A program made the position numbers and the translations under genes. This document shows, piece after piece, positions 12,169 through 26,100 of a stretch of DNA of 64,000 nucleotides; within the stretch, counting starts at the first letter, position 1; every line of letters begins with the position of its first letter. The notes beneath the pieces were generated by a model. The model saw nothing but the letters and a program-made list of their open reading frames with translations, did no database searches and had not been told where the DNA came from. The stretch comes from Eledone cirrhosa. Taxonomy: Eukaryota. The stretch lies in the NCBI GenBank assembly GCA_964016885.1, contig OZ024741.1, forward strand, positions 24,428,001 to 24,492,000, read 5' to 3'.

Positions 12169-14159
12169 GCAAAAGACTGTGCTTCAGCTGTCACCTAACA
12201 TTAATCCAGTACTTATATAGTAAAAGACTGTGCTTCAGCTGTCACCTAACTCTAATCCAGTACATATATAGTAAAAGACTGTGCTTCAGCTGTCACCTAA
12301 CTCTAATCCAGTACATATATAGTAAAAGACCCTGCCTCAGCCATGACCTAACCCTAATCCAGTACATATATAGTAAAAGACTGTGCTGCAGCCATGACCT
12401 AACCCTAATCCAGTACATATATAGTAAAAGACTGTGCTTCAGCTGTGACCTAACCCTAATCCAGTACATATATAGTAAAAGACTGTGCTTCAGCTGTCAC
12501 CTAACCCTAATCCAGTACATATATAGTAAAAGACAGTGCCTCAGCTGTGACCTAACCCTAATCCAGTACATATATAGTAAAAGACTGTGCTTCAGCTGTC
12601 ACCTAACCCTAATCCAGTACATATATAGTAAAAGACTGTGCTTCAGCTGTCACCTAACCCTAATCCAGTACATATATAGTAAAAGACTGTGCTTCAGCTG
12701 TCACCTAACCCTAATCCAGTACATATATAGTAAAAGACTGTGCTTCAGCTGTCACCTAACCCTAATCCAGTACATATATAGTAAAAGACTGTGCTTCAGC
12801 CATGACCTAACCCTAATCCAGTACATATATAGTAAAAGACTGTGCTTCAGCCTTGACCTAACCCTAATCCAGTAGATATATAGAAAAATACCGTGCTTCA
12901 GCTGTCACCTAACCCTAATCCAGTACATATATAGTAAAAGACTGTGCTTCAGCTGTCACCTAACTCTAATCCAGTACATATATAGTAAAAGACTGTGCTT
13001 CAGCTGTCACCTAACTCTAATCCAGTACATATATAGTAAAAGACCGTGCCTCAGCCATGACCTAACTCTAATCCAGTACATATATAGTAAAAGACTGTGC
13101 TTCAGCTGTCACCTAACCCTAATCCAGTACATATATAGTAAAAGACCGTGCCTCAGCCATGACCTAACCCTAATCCAGTATATATATAGTAAAAGACTGT
13201 GCTTCAGCTGTCACCTAACTGTAATCCAGTACATATATAGTAAAAGACAGTGCTTCAGCCATGACCTAACCCTAATCCAGTACATATATAGTAAAAGACT
13301 GTGCTTCAGCCATGAGCTAACTCTAATCCAGTACATATATAGTAAAAGACTGTGCTTCAGCTGTCACCTAACTCCAATCCAGTACATATATAGTAAAAGA
13401 CCGTGCTTCAGCTGTCACCTAACCCTAATCCAGTACATATATAGTAAAAGACTGTGCTTCAGCTGTCACCTAACTCTAATCCAGTATATATATAGTAAAA
13501 GACTGTGCTTCAGCCATGACCTAACCCTAATCCAGTACATATATAGTAAAAGACTGTGCTTCAGCCATGACCTAACCCCAATCCAGTACGTATATAGTAA
13601 AAGACCGTGCTTCAGCTGTCACCTAACCCTAATCCAGTACATATATAGTAAAAGACTGTGCTTCAGCCATGACCTAACCCTAATCCAGTACATATATAGT
13701 AAAAGACCGTGCTTCCGCTGTCACCTACCTCTAATCCAGTACATATATAGTAAAAGACTGTGCTTCAGCCATGACCTAACCCTAATCCAGTACATATATA
13801 GTAAAAGACCGTGCTTCAGCTGTCACCTAACCCTAATCCAGTACATATATAGTAAAAGACTGTGCTTCAGCCGTGACCCAACCCTAATCCAGTACATATA
13901 TAGTAAAGGACTGTGCTTCAGCTGTCACCTAACCCTAATCCAGTACATATATAGTAAAAGACTATGCTTCAGCTGTCACCTAACCCTAATCCAGTACATA
14001 TATAGTAAAAGACTGTGCTTCAGCTGTCACCCAACTCTAATCCAGTACATATATAGTAAAAGACCGTGCTTCAGCTGTCACCTAACCTCAATCCAGTACA
14101 TATATAGTAAAAGACCGTGCTTCAGCTGTCACCTGACCTTAATCCAGTACGTATATAGT

Positions 14160-17100
14160 AAAAGACCGTGCTTCAGCTGTCACCTAACCTTAATCCAGTA
14201 CATATATAGTAAAAGACCGTGCTTCAGCTGTCACCTAACCTTAATCCAGTACATATATAGTAAAAGACCGTGCTTCAGCTGTCACCTAACCTTAATCCAG
14301 TACATATATAGTAAAAGACCGTGCTTCAGCTGTCACCTAAACTTAATTCAGTACATATATAGTAAAAGACCGTGCTTCAGCTGTCACCTAACCTTAATCC
14401 AGTACATATATAGCAAAAGACTGTGCTTCAGCTGTCACCTAACATTAATCCAGTACTTATATAGTAAAAGACTGTGCTTCAGCTGTCACCTAACTCTAAT
14501 CCAGTACATATATAGTAAAAGACTGTGCTTCAGCTGTCACCTAACTCTAATCCAGTACATATATAGTAAAAGACCGTGCTTCAGCTGTCACCTAACCCTA
14601 ATCCAGTACATATATAGTAAAAGACCGTGCTTCAGCTGTCACCTAACCCTAATCCAGTACATATATAGTAAAAGACCGTGCCTCAGCCATGACCTAACAC
14701 TAATCCAGTACATATATAGTAAAAGACTGTGCTTCAGCCTTGACCTAACCCTAATCCAGTACATATATAGTAAAAGACTGTGCTTCAGCTGACTCCTAAC
14801 TCTAATCCAGTACATATATAGTAAAAGACTGTGCTTCAGCTGTCACCTAACTCTAATCCAGTACATATATAGTAAAAGACTGTGCTTCAGCTGTCACCTA
14901 ACTCTAATCCAGTACATATATAGTAAAAGACCGTGCTTCAGCCATGACGTAACTTTAATCCAATCCATATATAGTAAAAGACTGTGCTTCAGCTGTCACC
15001 TAACCCTAATCCAGTACATATATAGTAAAAGACTGTGGTTCAGCCATGACCTAACCCTAATCCAGTACATATATAGTAAAAGACTGTGCTTCAGCTGTCA
15101 CCTAACCCTAATCCAGTACATATATAGTAAAAGACTGTGCTTCAGCTGACTCCTAACCCTAATCCAGTACATATATAGTAAAAGACTGTGCTTCAGTTGT
15201 CACCTAACCCTAATCCAGTACATATATAGTAAAAGACTGTGCTTCAGCTGTCACCTAACTCTAATCCAGTACATATATAGTAAAAGACTGTGCTTCAGCT
15301 GTCACCTAACTCTAATCCAGTACATATATAGTAAAAGACCCTGCCTCAGCCATGACCTAACCCTAATCCAGTACATATATAGTAAAAGACTGTGCTGCAG
15401 CCATGACCTAACCCTAATCCAGTACATATATAGTAAAAGACTGTGCTTCAGCTGTGACCTAACCCTAATCCAGTACATATATAGTAAAAGACTGTGCTTC
15501 AGCCACGACCTAACTCTAATCCAGTACATATATAGTAAAAGACTGTGCTTCAGCTGTCACCTAACCCTAATCCAGTACATATATAGTAAAAGACTGTGCT
15601 GCAACCATGACCTAAACCTAATCCAGTACATATATAGTAAAAGACTGTGCTTCAGCTGTGACATAACCCTAATCCAGTACATATATAGTAAAAGACTGTG
15701 CTTCAGCCATGACCTAACTCTAATCCAGTACATATATAGTAAAAGACTGTGCTTCAGCTGTCACCTAACCCTAATCCAGTACATATATAGTAAAAGACTG
15801 TGCTTCAGCTGTGACCTAACCCTAATCCAGTACATATATAGTAAAAGACTGTGCTTCAGCCATGACCTAACCCTAATCCAGTACATATATAGTAAAAGAC
15901 TGTGCTTCAGCTGTCACCTAACTCTAATCCAGTACATATATAGTAAAAGACCGTGCTTCAGCTGTCACCTAACCTTAATCCAGTACATATATAGTAAAAG
16001 ACCGTGCTTCAGCTGTCACCTAACCTTAATCCAGTACATATATAGTAAAAGACTGTGCTTCAGCTGTCACCTAACTCTAATCCAGTAAATATATAGTAAA
16101 AGACCGTGCTTCAGCTGTCACCTAAACTTAATCCAGTACATATATAGTAAAAGACCATGCTTCAGATGTCACCTAACCTTAATCCAGTACATATATAGTA
16201 AAAGACCGTGCTTCAGCTGTCACCTAACCTTAATCCAGTACATATATAGTAAAAGACTGTGCTTCAGCTGTCACCTTACCCTAATCCAGTACATATATAG
16301 TAAAAGACTGTGCTTCAGCTGTCACCTAACCCCAATCCAGTACATATATAGTAAAAGACTGTGCTTCAGCTGTCACCTAACTCTAATCCAGTACATATAT
16401 AGTAAAAGACTGTGCTTCAGCTGTCACCTAACTCTAATCCAGTACATATATAGTAAAAGACCCTGCCTCAGCCATGACCTAACCCTAATCCAGTACATAT
16501 ATAGTAAAAGACTGTGCTGCAGCCATGACCTAACCCTAATCCAGTACATATATAGTAAAAGACTGTGCTTCAGCTGTGACCTAACCCTAATCCAGTACAT
16601 ATATAGTAAAAGACTGTGCTTCAGCCACGACCTAACTCTAATCCAGTACATATATAGTAAAAGACTGTGCTTCAGCTGTCACCTAACCCTAATCCAGTAC
16701 ATATATAGTAAAAGACTGTGCTGCAACCATGACCTAACCCTAATCCAGTACATATATAGTAAAAGACTGTGCTTCAGCTGTGACATAACCCTAATCCAGT
16801 ACATATATAGTAAAAGACTGTGCTTCAGCCATGACCTAACTCTAATCCAGTACATATATAGTAAAAGACTGTGCTTCAGCTGTCACCTAACCCTAATCCA
16901 GTACATATATAGTAAAAGACTGTGCTTCAGCTGTGACCTAACCCTAATCCAGTACATATATAGTAAAAGACTGTGCTTCAGCTGTGACCTAACCCTAATC
17001 CAGTACATATATAGTAAAAGACTGTGCTTCAGCTGTGACCTAACCCTAATCCAGTACATATATAGTAAAAGACTATGCTTCAGCTGTCACCTAACTCTAA

Positions 17101-20100
17101 TCCAGTATATATATAGTAAAAGACTGTGCTTCAGCTTTCACCTAACCCTAATCCAGTACATATATAGTAAAAGACTGTGCTTCAGCTGTCACCTAACCTT
17201 AATCCAGTACATATATAGTAAAAGACCGTGCTTCAGCTGTCACCTAACCTTAATCCAGTACATATATAGTAAAAGACCGTGCTTCAGCTGTCACCTAACC
17301 TTAATCCAGTACATATATAGTAAAAGACCGTGCTTCAGCTGTCACCTAAACTTAATTCAGTACATATATAGTAAAAGACCGTGCTTCAGCTGTCACCTAA
17401 CCTTAATCCAGTACATATATAGCAAAAGACTGTGCTTCAGCTGTCACCTAACATTAATCCAGTACTTATATAGTAAAAGACTGTGCTTCAGCTGTCACCT
17501 AACTCTAATCCAGTACATATATAGTAAAAGACTGTGCTTCAGCTGTCACCTAACTCTAATCCAGTACATATATAGTAAAAGACCGTGCTTCAGCTGTCAC
17601 CTAACCCTAATCCAGTACATATATAGTAAAAGACCGTGCTTCAGCTGTCACCTAACCCTAATCCAGTACATATATAGTAAAAGACCGTGCCTCAGCCATG
17701 ACCTAACACTAATCCAGTACATATATAGTAAAAGACTGTGCTTCAGCCATGACCTAACCCTAATCCAGTACATATATAGTAAAAGACTGTGCTTCAGCTG
17801 ACTCCTAACTCTAATCCAGTACATATATAGTAAAAGACTGTGCTTCAGCTGTCACCTAACTCTAATCCAGTACATATATAGTAAAAGACTGTGCTTCAGC
17901 TGTCACCTAACTCTAATCCAGTACATATATAGTAAAAGACCGTGCTTCAGCCATGACGTAACTTTAATCCAATCCATATATAGTAAAAGACTGTGCTTCA
18001 GCTGTCACCTAACCCTAATCCAGTACATATATAGTAAAAGACTGTGGTTCAGCCATGACCTAACCCTAATCCAGTACATATATAGTAAAAGACTGTGCTT
18101 CAGCTGTCACCTAACCCTAATCCAGTACATATATAGTAAAAGACTGTGCTTCAGCTGACTCCTAACCCTAATCCAGTACATATATAGTAAAAGACTGTGC
18201 TTCAGTTGTCACCTAACCCTAATCCAGTACATATATAGTAAAAGACTGTGCTTCAGCTGTCACCTAACTCTAATCCAGTACATATATAGTAAAAGACTGT
18301 GCTTCAGCTGTCACCTAACTCTAATCCAGTACATATATAGTAAAAGACCCTGCCTCAGCCATGACCTAACCCTAATCCAGTACATATATAGTAAAAGACT
18401 GTGCTGCAGCCATGACCTAACCCTAATCCAGTACATATATAGTAAAAGACTGTGCTTCAGCTGTGACCTAACCCTAATCCAGTACATATATAGTAAAAGA
18501 CTGTGCTTCAGCCACGACCTAACTCTAATCCAGTACATATATAGTAAAAGACTGTGCTTCAGCTGTCACCTAACCCTAATCCAGTACATATATAGTAAAA
18601 GACTGTGCTGCAACCATGACCTAAACCTAATCCAGTACATATATAGTAAAAGACTGTGCTTCAGCTGTGACATAACCCTAATCCAGTACATATATAGTAA
18701 AAGACTGTGCTTCAGCCATGACCTAACTCTAATCCAGTACATATATAGTAAAAGACTGTGCTTCAGCTGTCACCTAACCCTAATCCAGTACATATATAGT
18801 AAAAGACTGTGCTTCAGCTGTGACCTAACCCTAATCCAGTACATATATAGTAAAAGACTGTGCTTCAGCCATTACCTAACCCTAATCCAGTACATATATA
18901 GTAAAAGACTGTGCTTCAGCTGTCACCTAACTCTAATCCAGTACATATATAGTAAAAGACCGTGCTTCAGCTGTCACCTAACCTTAATCCAGTACATATA
19001 TAGTAAAAGACCGTGCTTCAGCTGTCACCTAACCTTAATCCAGTACATATATAGTAAAAGACTGTGCTTCAGCTGTCACCTAACTCTAATCCAGTAAATA
19101 TATAGTAAAAGACCGTGCTTCAGCTGTCACCTAAACTTAATCCAGTACATATATAGTAAAAGACCATGCTTCAGATGTCACCTAACCTTAATCCAGTACA
19201 TATATAGTAAAAGACCGTGCTTCAGCTGTCACCTAACCTTAATCCAGTACATATATAGTAAAAGACTGTGCTTCAGCTGTCACCTTACCCTAATCCAGTA
19301 CATATATAGTAAAAGACTGTGCTTCAGCTGTCACCTAACCCCAATCCAGTACATATATAGTAAAAGACTGTGCTTCAGCTGTCACCTAACTCTAATCCAG
19401 TACATATATAGTAAAAGACTGTGCTTCAGCTGTCACCTAACTCTAATCCAGTACATATATAGTAAAAGACCCTGCCTCAGCCATGACCTAACCCTAATCC
19501 AGTACATATATAGTAAAAGACTGTGCTGCAGCCATGACCTAACCCTAATCCAGTACATATATAGTAAAAGACTGTGCTTCAGCTGTGACCTAACCCTAAT
19601 CCAGTACATATATAGTAAAAGACTGTGCTTCAGCCACGACCTAACTCTAATCCAGTACATATATAGTAAAAGACTGTGCTTCAGCTGTCACCTAACCCTA
19701 ATCCAGTACATATATAGTAAAAGACTGTGCTGCAACCATGACCTAACCCTAATCCAGTACATATATAGTAAAAGACTGTGCTTCAGCTGTGACCTAACCC
19801 TAATCCAGTACATATATAGTAAAAGACTGTGCTTCAGCTGTGACCTAACCCTAATCCAGTACATATATAGTAAAAGACTGTGCTTCAGCTGTGACCTAAC
19901 CCTAATCCAGTACATATATAGTAAAAGACTATGCTTCAGCTGTCACCTAACTCTAATCCAGTATATATATAGTAAAAGACTGTGCTTCAGCTTTCACCTA
20001 ACCCTAATCCAGTACATATATAGTAAAAGACTGTGCTTCAGCTGTCACCTAACCTTAATCCAGTACATATATAGTAAAAGACCGTGCTTCAGCTGTCACC

Positions 20101-23100
20101 TAACCTTAATCCAGTACATATATAGTAAAAGACCGTGCTTCAGCTGTCACCTAACCTTAATCCAGTACATATATAGTAAAAGACCGTGCTTCAGCTGTCA
20201 CCTAAACTTAATTCAGTACATATATAGTAAAAGACCGTGCTTCAGCTGTCACCTAACCTTAATCCAGTACATATATAGCAAAAGACTGTGCTTCAGCTGT
20301 CACCTAACATTAACCCAGTACTTATATAGTAAAAGACTGTGCTTCAGCTGTCACCTAACTCTAATCCAGTACATATATAGTAAAAGACTGTGCTTCAGCT
20401 GTCACCTAACTCTAATCCAGTACATATATAGTAAAAGACCGTGCTTCAGCTGTCACCTAACCCTAATCCAGTACATATATAGTAAAAGACCGTGCTTCAG
20501 CTGTCACCTAACCCTAATCCAGTACATATATAGTAAAAGACCGTGCCTCAGCCATGACCTAACACTAATCCAGTACATATATAGTAAAAGACTGTGCTTC
20601 AGCCATGACCTAACCCTAATCCAGTACATATATAGTAAAAGACTGTGCTTCAGCTGACTCCTAACTCTAATCCAGTACATATATAGTAAAAGACTGTGCT
20701 TCAGCTGTCACCTAACTCTAATCCAGTACATATATAGTAAAAGACTGTGCTTCAGCTGTCACCTAACTCTAATCCAGTACATATATAGTAAAAGACCGTG
20801 CTTCAGCCATGACGTAACTTTAATCCAATCCATATATAGTAAAAGACTGTGCTTCAGCTGTCACCTAACCCTAATCCAGTACATATATAGTAAAAGACTG
20901 TGGTTCAGCCATGACCTAACCCTAATCCAGTACATATATAGTAAAAGACTGTGCTTCAGCTGTCACCTAACCCTAATCCAGTACATATATAGTAAAAGAC
21001 TGTGCTTCAGCTGACTCCTAACCCTAATCCAGTACATATATAGTAAAAGACTGTGCTTCAGTTGTCACCTAACCCTAATCCAGTACATATATAGTAAAAG
21101 ACTGTGCTTCAGCTGTCACCTAACTCTAATCCAGTACATATATAGTAAAAGACTGTGCTTCAGCTGTCACCTAACTCTAATCCAGTACATATATAGTAAA
21201 AGACTGTGCTTCAGCTGTGACCTAACTCTAATCCAGTACATATATAGTAAAAGACTGTGCTTCAGCTGTCACCTAACTCTAATCCAGTACATATATAGTA
21301 AAAGACTGTGCTTCAGCCACGACCTAACTCTAATCCAGTACATATATAGTAAAAGACTGTGCTTCAGCTGTCACCTAACCCTAATCCAGTACATATATAG
21401 TAAAAGACTGTGCTTCAGCTGTGACCTAACCCTAATCCAGTACATATATAGTAAAAGACTGTGCTGCAGCCATGACCTAACCCTAATCCAGTACATATAT
21501 AGTAAAAGACTGTGCTTCAGCTGTGACCTAACCCTAATCCAGTACATATATAGTAAAAGACTGTGCTTCAGCCACGACCTAACTCTAATCCAGTACATAT
21601 ATAGTAAAAGACTGTGCTTCAGCTGTCACCTAACCCTAATCCAGTACATATATAGTAAAAGACTGTGCTTCAGCTGTGACCTAACCCTAATCCAGTACAT
21701 ATATAGTAAAAGACTGTGCTTCAGCCATTACCTAACCCTAATCCAGTACATATATAGTAAAAGACTGTGCTTCAGCTGTCACCTAACTCTAATCCAGTAC
21801 ATATATAGTAAAAGACCGTGCTTCAGCTGTCACCTAACCTTAATCCAGTACATATATAGTAAAAGACCGTGCTTCAGCTGTCACCTAACCTTAATCCAGT
21901 ACATATATAGTAAAAGACTGTGCTTCAGCTGTCACCTAACTCTAATCCAGTAAATATATAGTAAAAGACCGTGCTTCAGCTGTCACCTAAACTTAATCCA
22001 GTACATATATAGTAAAAGACCATGCTTCAGATGTCACCTAACCTTAATCCAGTACATATATAGTAAAAGACCGTGCTTCAGCTGTCACCTAACCTTAATC
22101 CAGTACATATATAGTAAAAGACTGTGCTTCAGCTGTCACCTTACCCTAATCCAGTACATATATAGTAAAAGACTGTGCTTCAGCTGTCACCTAACCCCAA
22201 TCCAGTACATATATAGTAAAAGACTGTGCTTCAGCTGTCACCTAACTCTAATCCAGTACATATATAGTAAAAGACTGTGCTTCAGCTGTCACCTAACTCT
22301 AATCCAGTACATATATAGTAAAAGACCCTGCCTCAGCCATGACCTAACCCTAATCCAGTACATATATAGTAAAAGACTGTGCTGCAGCCATGACCTAACC
22401 CTAATCCAGTACATATATAGTAAAAGACTGTGCTTCAGCTGTCACCTAACCCTAATCCAGTACATATATAGTAAAAGACTGTGCTTCAGCTGTGACCTAA
22501 CCCTAATCCAGTACATATATAGTAAAAGACTGTGCTTCAGCTGTGACCTAACCCTAATCCAGTACATATATAGTAAAAGACTGTGCTTCAGCTGTGACCT
22601 AACCCTAATCCAGTACATATATAGTAAAAGACTATGCTTCAGCTGTCACCTAACTCTAATCCAGTATATATATAGTAAAAGACTGTGCTTCAGCTTTCAC
22701 CTAACCCTAATCCAGTACATATATAGTAAAAGACTGTGCTTCAGCTGTCACCTAACCTTAATCCAGTACATATATAGTAAAAGACCGTGCTTCAGCTGTC
22801 ACCTAACCTTAATCCAGTACATATATAGTAAAAGACCGTGCTTCAGCTGTCACCTAACCTTAATCCAGTACATATATAGTAAAAGACCGTGCTTCAGCTG
22901 TCACCTAAACTTAATTCAGTACATATATAGTAAAAGACCGTGCTTCAGCTGTCACCTAACCTTAATCCAGTACATATATAGCAAAAGACTGTGCTTCAGC
23001 TGTCACCTAACATTAATCCAGTACTTATATAGTAAAAGACTGTGCTTCAGCTGTCACCTAACTCTAATCCAGTACATATATAGTAAAAGACTGTGCTTCA

Positions 23101-26100
23101 GCTGTCACCTAACTCTAATCCAGTACATATATAGTAAAAGACCGTGCTTCAGCTGTCACCTAACCCTAATCCAGTACATATATAGTAAAAGACCGTGCTT
23201 CAGCTGTCACCTAACCCTAATCCAGTACATATATAGTAAAAGACCGTGCCTCAGCCATGACCTAACACTAATCCAGTACATATATAGTAAAAGACTGTGC
23301 TTCAGCCATGACCTAACCCTAATCCAGTACATATATAGTAAAAGACTGTGCTTCAGCTGACTCCTAACTCTAATCCAGTACATATATAGTAAAAGACTGT
23401 GCTTCAGCTGTCACCTAACTCTAATCCAGTACATATATAGTAAAAGACTGTGCTTCAGCTGTCACCTAACTCTAATCCAGTACATATATAGTAAAAGACC
23501 GTGCTTCAGCCATGACGTAACTTTAATCCAATCCATATATAGTAAAAGACTGTGCTTCAGCTGTCACCTAACCCTAATCCAGTACATATATAGTAAAAGA
23601 CTGTGGTTCAGCCATGACCTAACCCTAATCCAGTACATATATAGTAAAAGACTGTGCTTCAGCTGTCACCTAACCCTAATCCAGTACATATATAGTAAAA
23701 GACTGTGCTTCAGCTGACTCCTAACCCTAATCCAGTACATATATAGTAAAAGACTGTGCTTCAGTTGTCACCTAACCCTAATCCAGTACATATATAGTAA
23801 AAGACTGTGCTTCAGCTGTCACCTAACTCTAATCCAGTACATATATAGTAAAAGACTGTGCTTCAGCTGTCACCTAACTCTAATCCAGTACATATATAGT
23901 AAAAGACCCTGCCTCAGCCATGACCTAACCCTAATCCAGTACATATATAGTAAAAGACTGTGCTGCAGCCATGACCTAACCCTAATCCAGTACATATATA
24001 GTAAAAGACTGTGCTTCAGCTGTGACCTAACCCTAATCCAGTACATATATAGTAAAAGACTGTGCTTCAGCCACGACCTAACTCTAATCCAGTACATATA
24101 TAGTAAAAGACTGTGCTTCAGCTGTCACCTAACCCTAATCCAGTACATATATAGTAAAAGACTGTGCTGCAACCATGACCTAAACCTAATCCAGTACATA
24201 TATAGTAAAAGACTGTGCTTCAGCTGTGACATAACCCTAATCCAGTACATATATAGTAAAAGACTGTGCTTCAGCCATGACCTAACTCTAATCCAGTACA
24301 TATATAGTAAAAGACTGTGCTTCAGCTGTCACCTAACCCTAATCCAGTACATATATAGTAAAAGACTGTGCTTCAGCTGTGACCTAACCCTAATCCAGTA
24401 CATATATAGTAAAAGACTGTGCTTCAGCCATTACCTAACCCTAATCCAGTACATATATAGTAAAAGACTGTGCTTCAGCTGTCACCTAACTCTAATCCAG
24501 TACATATATAGTAAAAGACCGTGCTTCAGCTGTCACCTAACCTTAATCCAGTACATATATAGTAAAAGACCGTGCTTCAGCTGTCACCTAACCTTAATCC
24601 AGTACATATATAGTAAAAGACTGTGCTTCAGCTGTCACCTAACTCTAATCCAGTAAATATATAGTAAAAGACCGTGCTTCAGCTGTCACCTAAACTTAAT
24701 CCAGTACATATATAGTAAAAGACTGTGCTTCAGCTGTCACCTTACCCTAATCCAGTACATATATAGTAAAAGACTGTGCTTCAGCTGTCACCTAACTCTA
24801 ATCCAGTACATATATAGTAAAAGACTGTGCTTCAGCTGTCACCTAACTCTAATCCAGTACATATATAGTAAAAGACCCTGCCTCAGCCATGACCTAACCC
24901 TAATCCAGTACATATATAGTAAAAGACTGTGCTGCAGCCATGACCTAACCCTAATCCAGTACATATATAGTAAAAGACTGTGCTTCAGCTGTGACCTAAC
25001 CCTAATCCAGTACATATATAGTAAAAGACTGTGCTTCAGCCACGACCTAACTCTAATCCAGTACATATATAGTAAAAGACTGTGCTTCAGCTGTCACCTA
25101 ACCCTAATCCAGTACATATATAGTAAAAGACTGTGCTGCAACCATGACCTAAACCTAATCCAGTACATATATAGTAAAAGACTGTGCTTCAGCTGTGACA
25201 TAACCCTAATCCAGTACATATATAGTAAAAGACTGTGCTTCAGCCATGACCTAACTCTAATCCAGTACATATATAGTAAAAGACTGTGCTTCAGCTGTCA
25301 CCTAACCCTAATCCAGTACATATATAGTAAAAGACTGTGCTTCAGCTGTGACCTAACCCTAATCCAGTACATATATAGTAAAAGACTGTGCTTCAGCCAT
25401 TACCTAACCCTAATCCAGTACATATATAGTAAAAGACTGTGCTTCAGCTGTCACCTAACTCTAATCCAGTACATATATAGTAAAAGACCGTGCTTCAGCT
25501 GTCACCTAACCTTAATCCAGTACATATATAGTAAAAGACCGTGCTTCAGCTGTCACCTAACCTTAATCCAGTACATATATAGTAAAAGACTGTGCTTCAG
25601 CTGTCACCTAACTCTAATCCAGTAAATATATAGTAAAAGACCGTGCTTCAGCTGTCACCTAAACTTAATCCAGTACATATATAGTAAAAGACTGTGCTTC
25701 AGCTGTCACCTTACCCTAATCCAGTACATATATAGTAAAAGACTGTGCTTCAGCTGTCACCTAACTCTAATCCAGTACATATATAGTAAAAGACTGTGCT
25801 TCAGCTGTCACCTAACTCTAATCCAGTACATATATAGTAAAAGACCCTGCCTCAGCCATGACCTAACCCTAATCCAGTACATATATAGTAAAAGACTGTG
25901 CTGCAGCCATGACCTAACCCTAATCCAGTACATATATAGTAAAAGACTGTGCTTCAGCTGTGACCTAACCCTAATCCAGTACATATATAGTAAAAGACTG
26001 TGCTTCAGCCACGACCTAACTCTAATCCAGTACATATATAGTAAAAGACTGTGCTTCAGCTGTCACCTAACCCTAATCCAGTACATATATAGTAAAAGAC